Positions 30,311-38,565 of a stretch of DNA of 64,000 bases are shown here, in pieces. Position 1 is the stretch's first letter. Each line of letters opens with the position of its first letter. Source of the DNA: a phage; assembly GCA_029944565.1 (NCBI GenBank), contig GCA_029944565.1_4115.1. One strand, written 5' to 3'. The position numbers and the translations under genes were made by a program. Below the pieces are notes generated by a model. The model did not search any database and was not told where the DNA came from. It was given only the letters and a program-made list of their open reading frames with translations.

Positions 30311-30518
30311 AATCTCTTTTTGCTTTCCTCGCCAAAAGGTACATATACGATTCTTCGTATTGTGCTTGGTAGTTTGTGTTTAAGAGTCGAAACAACTTCT
30401 GTTCTGCTAGAACGAGTTGCTTATCTTCATAACAACGATAGCGTATCAACTTTTTGTATTCGATGTTGATTACATCCATTACTATAAGCCCATGTTCATC
30501 ATCTGTCAAGTGTTTCAT
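30288..30518 (-). CDS. small hypothetical protein, family B paralog
   Basis: motif LLNTNYQAQ. Confidence 0.5.
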   Translation of the reverse strand: MKHLTDDEHGLIVMDVINIEYKKLIRYRCYEDKQLVLAEQKLFRLLNTNYQAQYEESYMYLLARKAKRDYENFKQR

Positions 30519-30757
30519 GCATTTTTTCTTTTTCTTATATGTTTAGTTAAAAGGTATATTAGTTTTCTATTGTATTCTTCCTGATAGTTTGTTCCTAATA
30601 GTGCAAGAAGTTTTGCTTCAACTAAAGCTAATTGACGTTCTTCAAATGTGTGTTCCAGTATGTACTTTGGGTTTGATTTTTTAGCGTAAGCACTATTAGT
30701 CTTCATTACAATCTTATGATATTCATTAGCAGTTAGGATTTTTAAATACTTGATCAT
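30515..30757 (-). CDS. small hypothetical protein, family B paralog
   Basis: motif LLGTNYQEE. Confidence 0.5.
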   Translation of the reverse strand: MIKYLKILTANEYHKIVMKTNSAYAKKSNPKYILEHTFEERQLALVEAKLLALLGTNYQEEYNRKLIYLLTKHIRKRKNA

Positions 30758-30977
30758 GTATCTTTTCCTTTATAGAGAATTTAAGATATCGAAGCATACT
30801 TTCAATGTAATACTCTTGTCTGTCAGTGCCAAGAAAGTACATGAGTTGAATGTATAAAACTTCTGCACTCCTTTCCGCTGGAGACTTGTTTGTGTCGTTT
30901 TGAAGTTGATTTGTATGTTTTCTTGATTTAATTAGTCGTTCTTTTAACTCATCGTCTGTTAAGTATTTCATTTGCAT
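30726..30977 (-). CDS. small hypothetical protein, family B paralog
   Basis: motif FLGTDRQEY. Confidence 0.5.
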   Translation of the reverse strand: MQMKYLTDDELKERLIKSRKHTNQLQNDTNKSPAERSAEVLYIQLMYFLGTDRQEYYIESMLRYLKFSIKEKIHDQVFKNPNC

Positions 30978-31203
30978 TTACTTTTTCCTTAATAGTGATT
31001 TTAAGATATCTAATCATACGTGCAACATATTCCTCTTGTCTATCAGTTCCCAGAAGATATGGTAGTGATTGGAATAATACTTCTGCACTCCTTTCTGCTG
31101 GGGTTTGGTTTAGGTCAATTGGACGTTTATTGGTATATCTCTTGGCACGAACTAATCTCTCGACGTATTCATTATAGGTTAAGTATATCATTTCATTTTG
31201 CAT
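30949..31203 (-). CDS. small hypothetical protein, family B paralog
   Basis: motif LLGTDRQEE. Confidence 0.5.
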   Translation of the reverse strand: MQNEMIYLTYNEYVERLVRAKRYTNKRPIDLNQTPAERSAEVLFQSLPYLLGTDRQEEYVARMIRYLKITIKEKVNANEILNRR

Positions 31204-31439
31204 TTAATGTTCCTTACATGAATTGTCTGGATTAAACAATCAATCCAAGTTTGAACATATCTTGTTTGATATTGTGTTCCTAAGAGACTCTGCATTTTAA
31301 ACTCTGTTTCCAGTTCATATCTCTTTTCTATAGAAAAGCTTAAATGACCATATTCCTTTTCGTATCTTTTCAGAGCTTCCCCCATTCTGGCAAAACTTTC
31401 TGCTAAGTCGATTTTATTAATTTTATTCATAGTATTCAT
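31188..31439 (-). CDS. small hypothetical protein, family B paralog
   Basis: motif LLGTQYQTR. Confidence 0.5.
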   Translation of the reverse strand: MNTMNKINKIDLAESFARMGEALKRYEKEYGHLSFSIEKRYELETEFKMQSLLGTQYQTRYVQTWIDCLIQTIHVRNIKCKMK

Positions 31440-31726
31440 CGATCAGTACACCTTAGTGGTTGGGTCATTTGATAAAAGTACAGCTTACCTTTGATTTCCA
31501 GTAGTAACTCCGCGATTAAGCGATTTACTTCTGTATCTTGATAGTTTGTTCCTAAGAATACACCCATCTTTAACTCACGCATCATAATCATTTTCTTACT
31601 GTGTTGAATTTCTGGGTTGTGATAGATTGTATTACGTTTGTGCGTAATTTTTGTCATACGCTCGGTATATTCATCTTTACTTAAATTGATCATTTGCATG
31701 TTCATCAACCTCACATTTATTTTCAA
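31436..31726 (-). CDS. small hypothetical protein, family B paralog
   Basis: motif FLGTNYQDT. Confidence 0.5.
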   Translation of the reverse strand: MKINVRLMNMQMINLSKDEYTERMTKITHKRNTIYHNPEIQHSKKMIMMRELKMGVFLGTNYQDTEVNRLIAELLLEIKGKLYFYQMTQPLRCTDR

Positions 31727-31728
31727 TA

Positions 31729-31995
31729 CTATTCTTTAGTTTGTAGATATAGTTTTCTTCCAATGTATCTCTTAAGTGCGATTATGTATTCATCTACATA
31801 ATACTCCTGATAGTTTGTTCCTATGAATGCACCCACCTTTAACTCAAGTTTCATAATCATCTTATTTCCGTGTTTAATGACTTCTCCGTGATGGATTTCA
31901 TTAAGTCCAGGTGCAATTTTCACCAGGCGTTCTTTATATTTTGCTTGAGATAATTTAATCATTTTCATGTTAATTACCCTTACATTTATTTTCAA
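31729..31995 (-). CDS. small hypothetical protein, family B paralog
   Basis: motif FIGTNYQEY. Confidence 0.5.
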   Translation of the reverse strand: MKINVRVINMKMIKLSQAKYKERLVKIAPGLNEIHHGEVIKHGNKMIMKLELKVGAFIGTNYQEYYVDEYIIALKRYIGRKLYLQTKE

Positions 31996-32200
31996 TACTA
32001 TTCATGAGTTCTATAAGATAGTTTTCTACCTTACCTTCCTGATAGTTAGTCCCTAGGAAGTTGCACAACACGGCTTCTATGATTTTGATTTTCCTGATAT
32101 CAGGCTTCAATCTTTTGTTATTGAATATTTGAATCCTTATATCTCTGGATGCATTTAAACGTTTTTGATATTCATGGTAAGTTAAATGAATCATTTTCAT
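31970..32200 (-). CDS. small hypothetical protein, family B paralog
   Basis: motif FLGTNYQEG. Confidence 0.5.
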   Translation of the reverse strand: MKMIHLTYHEYQKRLNASRDIRIQIFNNKRLKPDIRKIKIIEAVLCNFLGTNYQEGKVENYLIELMNSIENKCKGN

Positions 32201-32415
32201 TTACGTTTAACCTCTCGCTGGAGGGCATCAATTAACATCAGTACAGCATTCTCTTGATAGTTTGTTCCTAAGACTGAAAGCATCTTTATCTCATTTACTA
32301 AAATCAACTTCTTTGAGGGTTCAATAATGTGACTATCATAAACGGCCTTACGTGCTGGATAAGTTTTCGCCAGTATAACATAAAATTCGTCTTTACTTAA
32401 ATTAATCATTTGCAT
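32197..32415 (-). CDS. small hypothetical protein, family B paralog
   Basis: motif VLGTNYQEN. Confidence 0.5.
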   Translation of the reverse strand: MQMINLSKDEFYVILAKTYPARKAVYDSHIIEPSKKLILVNEIKMLSVLGTNYQENAVLMLIDALQREVKRK

Positions 32416-32624
32416 TTACTTTTAACCTCTTTCTGTAGAGCGTCAATCCATAGATCTACATACATTTGTTGATAGTTTGTGCCTAAGAGTGCACCTACAT
32501 AGAGTTCAGTTACTAGTGCGTGCTTAAGGTTAGCTTGGATGCTCTTATCGCTTGATATCATTCTCCTTCTGCTTCCACATGTTTTCAGGAGTCTGATGTA
32601 TTCAAAGCCTTGTAAATTTCTCAT
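32406..32624 (-). CDS. small hypothetical protein, family B paralog
   Basis: motif LLGTNYQQM. Confidence 0.5.
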   Translation of the reverse strand: MRNLQGFEYIRLLKTCGSRRRMISSDKSIQANLKHALVTELYVGALLGTNYQQMYVDLWIDALQKEVKSKCK

Positions 32625-32836
32625 ATTTTGGATACTACCTTGTTACGTAAGGAACTTAATAATACGTCAGTGTAGATGTTTTGATAGTTTGTCCCTACGA
32701 ATACACCCAACTTCATTTCAGCTATTATAACACATTTGTCCTCTTGTGCAATAGATTTGTTTAACACAATACTATACACTTTTGATTTGATAGTTTGTAA
32801 CCTCCAATGATACTGATACTCATTAAGGATTATCAT
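32621..32836 (-). CDS. small hypothetical protein, family B paralog
   Basis: motif FVGTNYQNI. Confidence 0.5.
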   Translation of the reverse strand: MIILNEYQYHWRLQTIKSKVYSIVLNKSIAQEDKCVIIAEMKLGVFVGTNYQNIYTDVLLSSLRNKVVSKI

Positions 32837-33071
32837 TCTCTTTCCTCCAGATTTCGGTTCTCATGTGTTGGCAGTGTGCATCAATATATTGCTCTATCGA
32901 TCTGGCGATTGCTGTTTTATCAGTGCCTGTCATCAGTACAAGCATCTCGGCCTCACAGTGAAGTAAACGCATGATATCATAGGGTAATATTTCAGATACC
33001 GTGTCATAGTGTTTCTGTGCCAGTGTCTGCAATAGTTTACAATACATTTTGTGATTTAGTCTTTGTCGCAT
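32823..33071 (-). CDS. small hypothetical protein, family B-like
   Basis: variant MTGTDKTAI. Confidence 0.45.
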   Translation of the reverse strand: MRQRLNHKMYCKLLQTLAQKHYDTVSEILPYDIMRLLHCEAEMLVLMTGTDKTAIARSIEQYIDAHCQHMRTEIWRKENDNP

Positions 33072-33328
33072 TGTTTATTCCATTCTTTTTTGGCTCTCTG
33101 GGTTTTATATTGGATTTGGTTTCTTAATGATGCCAAGTATCGTTGAATGAACAGATCTTGATAGTTTGTTCCAATGAATTTCATAAGATAAACATCACCG
33201 TTGATAACATCCACTTCAGGTGCACCATGTAATACATTGTTTTTTCTAAGGGTGTTAATAAGAGAGAAGAGGGCAGTTTGATACTCAACTCCTGATAAAG
33301 TCTTCATGTTTTGCGAGCCAATATTCAT
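33056..33328 (-). CDS. small hypothetical protein, family B paralog
   Basis: motif FIGTNYQDL. Confidence 0.5.
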   Translation of the reverse strand: MNIGSQNMKTLSGVEYQTALFSLINTLRKNNVLHGAPEVDVINGDVYLMKFIGTNYQDLFIQRYLASLRNQIQYKTQRAKKEWNKQCDKD

Positions 33329-33548
33329 CTAGTTTATCCTGTATAACATTCATTAATTGATCGACAAATTCTTTGCAAAACTTATCTTGATATTGAGTCC
33401 CCATAAAGTACAGCAACCATAGCTCATTAACTTTAGCTCGCATTTGGTTCCATGTAAGGGTGGGGTCATCGTAGATTACTCTTGCTTCTGGGGTGAGCTT
33501 TCGAATTCTAAGTGAATATTCATCTTGTGTTAAGTATTTCATTTGCAT
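33285..33548 (-). CDS. small hypothetical protein, family B paralog
   Basis: motif FMGTQYQDK. Confidence 0.5.
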   Translation of the reverse strand: MQMKYLTQDEYSLRIRKLTPEARVIYDDPTLTWNQMRAKVNELWLLYFMGTQYQDKFCKEFVDQLMNVIQDKLDEYWLAKHEDFIRS

Positions 33549-33697
33549 TTGTCCATAATGTAATTCTTGAGTGCAACTATGTGTTCATGGATATAAAAAT
33601 TCTGATGAGAAGTTCCAAGAAAGTACAGCATCCATCCCTCACTCTGCTCGACTTCTAGTTTAGTATCGAGTTGGTCAGATATGTTAATGAAAACCAT
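33539..33697 (-). CDS. short family B member (52 aa), possibly truncated
   Basis: motif FLGTSHQNF; below ORF-track cutoff; start shares duplicated 45-bp block with neighbour. Confidence 0.4.
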   Translation of the reverse strand: MVFINISDQLDTKLEVEQSEGWMLYFLGTSHQNFYIHEHIVALKNYIMDKCK

Positions 33698-33954
33698 TAG
33701 TTCTTTTCCTTTCTTTCTATTTGTTTCATAAGAACATTGATATACTCACCCGCAAACCTATTCTGATACTGCGTCCCCATGAATTCCAACATCCATACTT
33801 CAGCAACCTTTTCTTCAATTTCAGTCCATTGTAAGTACATCATAGTGAAGTAAATGGTGTTCTCTTTTTTTCTGGCACTCTTAGCACGGGCCTCGTATTC
33901 AAAGTTATTAATGATGTTCATTACATTTGTCCATAATGTAATTCTTGAGTGCAA
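33697..33954 (-). CDS. small hypothetical protein, family B paralog
   Basis: motif FMGTQYQNR. Confidence 0.5.
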   Translation of the reverse strand: MHSRITLWTNVMNIINNFEYEARAKSARKKENTIYFTMMYLQWTEIEEKVAEVWMLEFMGTQYQNRFAGEYINVLMKQIERKEKN

Positions 33955-34135
33955 CTATGTGTGCAATAACATACTCTTCCTGGAAGTTCGTCCCCAGTAC
34001 AGCCATCATGCGTTTATCGGTGGTGTTTATCCTGTGTTCCCTTACACATAAACCTTCTTTGTGAGGAAGTGTAAAATATTTGTTTATTGCAGCTATGATA
34101 ATTTTATTCTTCTCTATATTACTTAAATGTTTCAT
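33908..34135 (-). CDS. small hypothetical protein, family B paralog
   Basis: motif VLGTNFQEE. Confidence 0.5.
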   Translation of the reverse strand: MKHLSNIEKNKIIIAAINKYFTLPHKEGLCVREHRINTTDKRMMAVLGTNFQEEYVIAHIVALKNYIMDKCNEHH

Positions 34136-34344
34136 AGTTTACTCTTAATGTAGTTCTGAAGTTCAATTAAGTATTTCCCTACATAATACTCCTGAAAGTC
34201 TGTATCCAAAAATGCACCCATAAGTAAATCCTTCTCCATTGCCCTTGATAAGTTAAGGTCTGCATTTGAAAGGTATATAAGTAATATTTCAGTCTGGACA
34301 GAATTAAAACGTTTCTTATATTCTTCAGGTGTTAATATAATCAT
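34132..34344 (-). CDS. small hypothetical protein, family B paralog
   Basis: motif FLDTDFQEY. Confidence 0.5.
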   Translation of the reverse strand: MIILTPEEYKKRFNSVQTEILLIYLSNADLNLSRAMEKDLLMGAFLDTDFQEYYVGKYLIELQNYIKSKL

Positions 34345-34556
34345 AATTTGCTCCTGATGTATTTCTCAAGAGATGACAAATACTTTTCCTCATAATACTC
34401 CTGATAGTCTGTTCCCAAGAATGCACCCAAAAGTATTTCATTTTCCAATACCTCGGCTAAGTTTAAATCAGACGTCTCTTCGTATATTATGAGGATTTCA
34501 AGTTGTCTGGCAGCGATGCGTTCAGTATATTGATATGAGTTTTCTATAATAATCAT
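34341..34556 (-). CDS. small hypothetical protein, family B paralog
   Basis: motif FLGTDYQEY. Confidence 0.5.
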   Translation of the reverse strand: MIIIENSYQYTERIAARQLEILIIYEETSDLNLAEVLENEILLGAFLGTDYQEYYEEKYLSSLEKYIRSKL

Positions 34557-34762
34557 ATTTTACTCTTAATATCTTCTATTAAAAATCGAATCCATTCTTC
34601 AACATAATCTTCCTGATGGTTTGTGTTCAGTACAGCCAACATGCGGATCTCTGCTCTTGCAACTTCAATTTCAGTTTTAGGCAGGTCTTTGCTGATATCC
34701 ACCATTAAGTCCATGTATTTCAAGATAAGACCGTATGATTGGGTTCGTGTTATAGTTTTCAT
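34553..34762 (-). CDS. small hypothetical protein, family B paralog
   Basis: motif VLNTNHQED. Confidence 0.5.
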   Translation of the reverse strand: MKTITRTQSYGLILKYMDLMVDISKDLPKTEIEVARAEIRMLAVLNTNHQEDYVEEWIRFLIEDIKSKI

Positions 34763-34959
34763 TGTTTCCTCGTGGACAATATTTTATTTTTCAATGTATC
34801 CATATATTGCCACACCCATCTACCCTGATAGTTTGTTCCCAATGTAATCAAAAGGTATAACTCCATTCGTTCTACGTGTGTGTCTGTGTTGTAAATCTTT
34901 ACGTAGTTTTTACGTAACAGTGATTGATATTCTTCTTTATTTAAAATACGCATTTTCAT
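34759..34959 (-). CDS. small hypothetical protein, family B paralog
   Basis: motif TLGTNYQGR. Confidence 0.5.
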   Translation of the reverse strand: MKMRILNKEEYQSLLRKNYVKIYNTDTHVERMELYLLITLGTNYQGRWVWQYMDTLKNKILSTRKQ

Positions 34960-35153
34960 AGTTTACTCGTTATATCTTCAATTAAATACCAAATCCAATC
35001 GTTGACATACCTTTCCTGAAAGTTAGTTCCAATGAATAGTGCCATAATTAATTCACGCTTATAGGCAATACCACGGTCATGGGACTTATACATTATCATA
35101 GCCATGTTATTGATAAGTCTTTCGTGGTGCTGTTCTTTAGTTAAAATACGCAT
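34956..35153 (-). CDS. small hypothetical protein, family B paralog (first gene of array)
   Basis: motif FIGTNFQER; start at MRILTKEQ with SD aagggag, track ORF extends 10 codons further. Confidence 0.5.
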   Translation of the reverse strand: MRILTKEQHHERLINNMAMIMYKSHDRGIAYKRELIMALFIGTNFQERYVNDWIWYLIEDITSKL

Positions 35154-35183
35154 AGGGACTCCCTTAAAATTAATATCAATCAT

Positions 35184-35211
35184 ATTTTATACGATTCATA
35201 TAAAAAGTCAA
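35184..35211 (-). promoter_or_regulatory. sigma70-like promoter of the family B array (TTGACT-16-TAAAAT)
   Basis: hexamers on minus strand upstream of 34956..35153. Confidence 0.5.
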
Positions 35212-35402
35212 TAACATTTTATTCGTAATACCCCTTTATCGAAGTCGCTAAGGTTACCCGCCCTTTAGCCCCCTACGCATTTTGCCATAGTCCAATCCCT
35301 TTTATTTCAAAAAAGTCAAGGGATTACCTATGCATTTTTTTAACGCATAATTTTAAAAACGCCTTGACTTTTTTCTGAATCAGTACTAGATCCCTTTACG
35401 CA
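35212..35402. promoter_or_regulatory. repeat-rich upstream region of the family B array
   Basis: four ACGCAT-type repeats (ctacgcatttt, ctatgcatttt, aacgcataatttt, ttacgcattaat), inverted repeat TATGC-N11-GCATA, 8-bp stem aatccctt/aagggatt. Confidence 0.4.
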
Positions 35403-35612
35403 TTAATCCTTCGTTACGCTAACGATTATCTGTGTATCCCCGTAGTCCTGCCATACTTCCACGCCATCGGTCGCCCTGGTTAGTCGTGCTGTCATCTGCT
35501 TAATGGTCTTAGGCTTTAGTGGAACCTGTTGCAGTACTGTACGCATAGCATCATTGACGTTATCATGTACGCCTGCAATAGTGCCTAGGACGCTGTATAC
35601 TGTATAGAACAT
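35403..35612 (-). CDS. hypothetical protein
   Basis: 69-aa ORF; SD aggag 8 nt upstream. Confidence 0.55.
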   Translation of the reverse strand: MFYTVYSVLGTIAGVHDNVNDAMRTVLQQVPLKPKTIKQMTARLTRATDGVEVWQDYGDTQIIVSVTKD

Positions 35613-35624
35613 ATGTATGTACTC

Positions 35625-35657
35625 CTGATATAGTTAAGGCCGCTACAAGGCGGCCTA
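35625..35657 (-). terminator. candidate terminator hairpin
   Basis: ggccgc-tacaag-gcggcc stem-loop followed by U-rich tract on minus strand. Confidence 0.35.
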
Positions 35658-35680
35658 TGATGTTTGGTGATGTGTAACGC

Positions 35681-36082
35681 TTACAGTCCTAAGATAGTGC
35701 GTGCTTCGTTACGTTCCGTACACAGCTGCATGATGTGAGCAAGTAAGTCCTTGCTAATGTATCCGGTGTTCATAGCTTCACGAATAGATACATCATAAGC
35801 ACCGAACCCCGTGCGAACGATACGCACATCATTCAGGTTAGTATTATAGATACCGCCGAGATCAACGGCTTCGAATACTACATCAACAGAATATTCATTG
35901 TTGCCATCGTGGAAGTTTTCCAGTGCAATAGTATTGGATACCGCCCAACGTTTGCAGTTTCCAATGATGCGGCACTGTTCCGGTTGGATAGTACCATTAC
36001 TTACAGCGTACTCCAGTGCATCTTTACCAAAAGTCCGAGCCAGTACTAAAACGTCAGCGAAGGAATTGATTGAGAAGGTCAT
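35681..36082 (-). CDS. hypothetical protein
   Basis: start MTFSINSF with SD aaggag; track ORF extended through leader hairpin. Confidence 0.6.
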   Translation of the reverse strand: MTFSINSFADVLVLARTFGKDALEYAVSNGTIQPEQCRIIGNCKRWAVSNTIALENFHDGNNEYSVDVVFEAVDLGGIYNTNLNDVRIVRTGFGAYDVSIREAMNTGYISKDLLAHIMQLCTERNEARTILGL

Positions 36083-36103
36083 GATAAAACTCCTTAATTT
36101 AGG

Positions 36104-36165
36104 AGGGAGAACCATTTCCCCCTCTCTATGTAAAACATTATACTTGATTCTAAGTACTATGCAAG
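36104..36165 (-). promoter_or_regulatory. early promoter (TTGCAT-16-TATAAT) plus 5' leader hairpin
   Basis: plus-strand cattatac at 36136-36143 and atgcaa at 36159-36164; GC hairpin gggagaaccatttccccctc between TSS and SD. Confidence 0.65.
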
Positions 36166-36171
36166 TACTTT

Positions 36172-36504
36172 TTACATTTTAATACCTGGATTCAGGTAGC
36201 GGTGAGATCCATATTCTGGATCGGTTTCGGTCCAGTACTGTAAATCGATAGTACCTTTCGCGTTAATCTTGTCTACCAGCTTATTCATCTTAGCGTATAC
36301 TACGTCAGCATCGATGCGTTTAAAGCCAGTAGCTTTAGTGAAGTAGTAGTGATTTGCTTCACTATCATTAAGGATATACCGAGCACCGTTTGCAGTCTGT
36401 GCGATAATGATTGAGTATTCTACTTCCCGATCCAGACCGTCGATGAATACAGATGAAACATTGGTACGGATGAAAGCTTTAACGATAGCGATTGAAGTAC
36501 TCAT
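36172..36504 (-). CDS. hypothetical protein
   Basis: 110-aa ORF; SD aggag. Confidence 0.6.
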   Translation of the reverse strand: MSTSIAIVKAFIRTNVSSVFIDGLDREVEYSIIIAQTANGARYILNDSEANHYYFTKATGFKRIDADVVYAKMNKLVDKINAKGTIDLQYWTETDPEYGSHRYLNPGIKM

Positions 36505-36557
36505 TTTGAATCTCCTAACTTTGTGGGCCGTCGCACCATTGCCGCCCTACGAGATAC

Positions 36558-36586
36558 ATTATCGCAGTACTGATATACTTTGTCAA
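36558..36586 (-). promoter_or_regulatory. early promoter (TTGACA-17-GATAAT)
   Basis: hexamers on minus strand upstream of 36172..36504. Confidence 0.6.
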
Positions 36587-36612
36587 TACTTTTTTTATTA
36601 ATAGTTTTAGTT

Positions 36613-36620
36613 CCACCAGC
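36613..36620. other. Chi octamer (CCACCAGC, complement of GCTGGTGG)
   Basis: exact 8-mer in intergenic DNA. Confidence 0.5.
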
Positions 36621-36652
36621 AGATAGTTACTCACCGTTATTAACTATATATT

Positions 36653-36732
36653 TTAGATACACCTATGCACCCTGTGGGCTAGTTTTTGTCTATGCGTATA
36701 TAGTACTAAAGGAGCGGACCGAAGTCAACTCC
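36653..36732 (-). promoter_or_regulatory. conserved intergenic element, copy 1 (promoter TTGACT-17-TACTAT inside UUCG hairpin, then conserved core)
   Basis: core ...tgcaccctgtgggct... at 36653-36681; hairpin ggagcggac-cgaa-gtcaactcc at 36711-36732. Confidence 0.5.
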
Positions 36733-36751
36733 TTTTTTTATTCTTTTTTTG

Positions 36752-36952
36752 TTAGATGATTCTCCAATCATCAACGATCATGGTAAGATACCGAACCAGT
36801 GATTCGAGTGATTCGTGTTCTCGATAGTCTGCCGCTCCACCAGCGGTACAAGTACAGCCGATTAAGCCGTTTTGTAGTTCCTGGATCTTTACGTCGATCT
36901 GGTTGGCTTTAGCTTCTTTCAGTACTTCAACCAGGGCGATAGCGATAGACAT
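36752..36952 (-). CDS. hypothetical protein
   Basis: 66-aa ORF; SD ggag. Confidence 0.55.
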   Translation of the reverse strand: MSIAIALVEVLKEAKANQIDVKIQELQNGLIGCTCTAGGAADYREHESLESLVRYLTMIVDDWRII

Positions 36953-36974
36953 AATGTTTTACTCCAAACTATTG

Positions 36975-37035
36975 GCGGGAGAACTATTCCCCCGCTCTAT
37001 GTAAAACATTATACATTACTGGTTAGTACTGTCAA
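36975..37035 (-). promoter_or_regulatory. early promoter (TTGACA-16-TATAAT) plus leader hairpin
   Basis: perfect hexamers; hairpin gcgggagaactattcccccgc. Confidence 0.7.
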
Positions 37036-37041
37036 ATAGTT

Positions 37042-37299
37042 TTATGAAATATCTTCGATGTAGTCGGCCCATTTCATTTTTTCAGTACTGTCAATGGCTA
37101 CCGGATTATTTGGATCAAACCATTCACCATTCCCGCAATACATACCCACGCCAGCGGTAGTATATCCATCCTGGGCCGTATTCCATGACATTGCACGATA
37201 GATATGGCCTTTAATTGGTGTTAGTACTGGTAACGTTTTATGGTCTTCTACGTAGGCCATAGCTTGAGGATTTACCCGATATTGTGTGAACTGTTCCAT
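37042..37299 (-). CDS. hypothetical protein
   Basis: 85-aa ORF. Confidence 0.55.
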   Translation of the reverse strand: MEQFTQYRVNPQAMAYVEDHKTLPVLTPIKGHIYRAMSWNTAQDGYTTAGVGMYCGNGEWFDPNNPVAIDSTEKMKWADYIEDIS

Positions 37300-37327
37300 T
37301 ATGTTTCCCCTTGTAGTTAGTAAAGTT

Positions 37328-37356
37328 ATTACATCAGTACTATCAAGCTATGTCAA
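37328..37356 (-). promoter_or_regulatory. early promoter (TTGACA-17-TGTAAT)
   Basis: hexamers on minus strand. Confidence 0.45.
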
Positions 37357-37375
37357 TAGTACTGAAATAAAACTT

Positions 37376-37600
37376 TTAGATTAGATTATTGATGCCGTTG
37401 ATGGTAGACTCGCTTTCTTCTTTCTCCCATTGGCGGTAGTACTTCCATGCTTCATGATATGTGGCGATTAGTTCATCTTTTTGATCCTGAGTACATGCCA
37501 GTACTGAATCACGGTGAGCGGTGTTATAGATAGAATCGAATGATTTCTTCTCTTCTGCCAGGTTAGCTACTTCCCGCATCAGTTCATCAAAGTTAGCCAT
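37376..37600 (-). CDS. hypothetical protein
   Basis: 74-aa ORF; SD aaggag. Confidence 0.6.
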   Translation of the reverse strand: MANFDELMREVANLAEEKKSFDSIYNTAHRDSVLACTQDQKDELIATYHEAWKYYRQWEKEESESTINGINNLI

Positions 37601-37618
37601 TTTATTACTCCTTTTAGT

Positions 37619-37675
37619 GGGGGAGGATATCTCCCCCTATGCAAAACATTATACTTTGTTTTAGTTATTATGCAA
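37619..37675 (-). promoter_or_regulatory. early promoter (TTGCAT-16-TATAAT) plus leader hairpin
   Basis: hairpin gggggag-gatat-ctccccc. Confidence 0.65.
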
Positions 37676-37931
37676 GTACTTTTTTCATATAAAGATTATA
37701 TTCTACACCGCCGTAACCTTCTACGATGATATGTTTTGCGTTATCACGTTTGCACATAGTGAAACCGTTGTTGATGTGTTCTGCATTTTCCAGGGCGACA
37801 TCACCGATAGCGGCACATACGGCACTAATAACAGTATTCCGCAAAGTACTGGTATCATTAGCGGTCATAGTAGTTTGCAGTACTACGTTGTCGTATACGT
37901 GTGCATTGATAGTGATTTCGATAGTGTTCAT
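37668..37931 (-). CDS. hypothetical protein
   Basis: 87-aa ORF; SD aggag. Confidence 0.6.
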   Translation of the reverse strand: MNTIEITINAHVYDNVVLQTTMTANDTSTLRNTVISAVCAAIGDVALENAEHINNGFTMCKRDNAKHIIVEGYGGVEYNLYMKKVLA

Positions 37932-37949
37932 GGTGTATCTCCTGGACTG

Positions 37950-38010
37950 GCGGGAGAACTATTCCCCCGCTCTATGTAAAACATTATACGTTAATCTAAC
38001 TACAATGCAA
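37950..38010 (-). promoter_or_regulatory. early promoter (TTGCAT-16-TATAAT) plus leader hairpin
   Basis: same architecture as 36975..37035. Confidence 0.65.
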
Positions 38011-38017
38011 GTACTTT

Positions 38018-38209
38018 TTAAATTTTATTTCCGATATAGTCCGGTCTATTCTTTTCGGTCATACGCTTTGCTAATGTTTGCATATGGCTTATTGCGTTTA
38101 ATGTGTCTTCCTCCAGGGATGAATCAACATAATCAGGATCATTCTTCACCTTGCAATGATTATGATAGCGTAGTACTGCCAGTACTTTTTTAACTTCTTC
38201 TACTGTCAT
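38018..38209 (-). CDS. hypothetical protein
   Basis: 63-aa ORF, ATGA-coupled to upstream gene. Confidence 0.5.
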   Translation of the reverse strand: MTVEEVKKVLAVLRYHNHCKVKNDPDYVDSSLEEDTLNAISHMQTLAKRMTEKNRPDYIGNKI

Positions 38210-38478
38210 AATAAGTACCCCACTTCGTTAGCTTTCAGGTTAGTATCAATCATCAGTGGATTTTTGTAGTTCACAAAACGATTAGTTTTCTCGATAGCGA
38301 ATCCCATATAATCCAGCTTACTAACAGTACATTCATTCTTAAAAACTTCTTTCGCTGCATCGATGGCTGATTGCATGGATAACCGACCATCTAAATTAAT
38401 GTTTCCAAATGATCCACCAGCAGAAGTAGGATTACCGTTCATATCTTTAATGATCATAGTAGCGGAGTAGCTGGACAT
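38206..38478 (-). CDS. hypothetical protein
   Basis: 90-aa ORF. Confidence 0.6.
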   Translation of the reverse strand: MSSYSATMIIKDMNGNPTSAGGSFGNINLDGRLSMQSAIDAAKEVFKNECTVSKLDYMGFAIEKTNRFVNYKNPLMIDTNLKANEVGYLL

Positions 38479-38500
38479 AATTTTGTTTCCTTTTAGTATC

Positions 38501-38559
38501 GGGGAGAACTATTCTCCCCTTGATGTAAACTATTATACAGTACTGATATACTTTGTCAA
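38501..38559 (-). promoter_or_regulatory. early promoter (TTGACA-16-TATAAT) plus leader hairpin
   Basis: hairpin ggggagaa-ctat-tctcccc. Confidence 0.7.
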
Positions 38560-38565
38560 ATACTT

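Noticed and set aside
29003-35183. CRISPR array, considered because of the short regular tandem units
   Set aside because: Units are 200-270 bp, diverged and protein-coding with SD and ATGA coupling; no short identical direct repeats with unique spacers.
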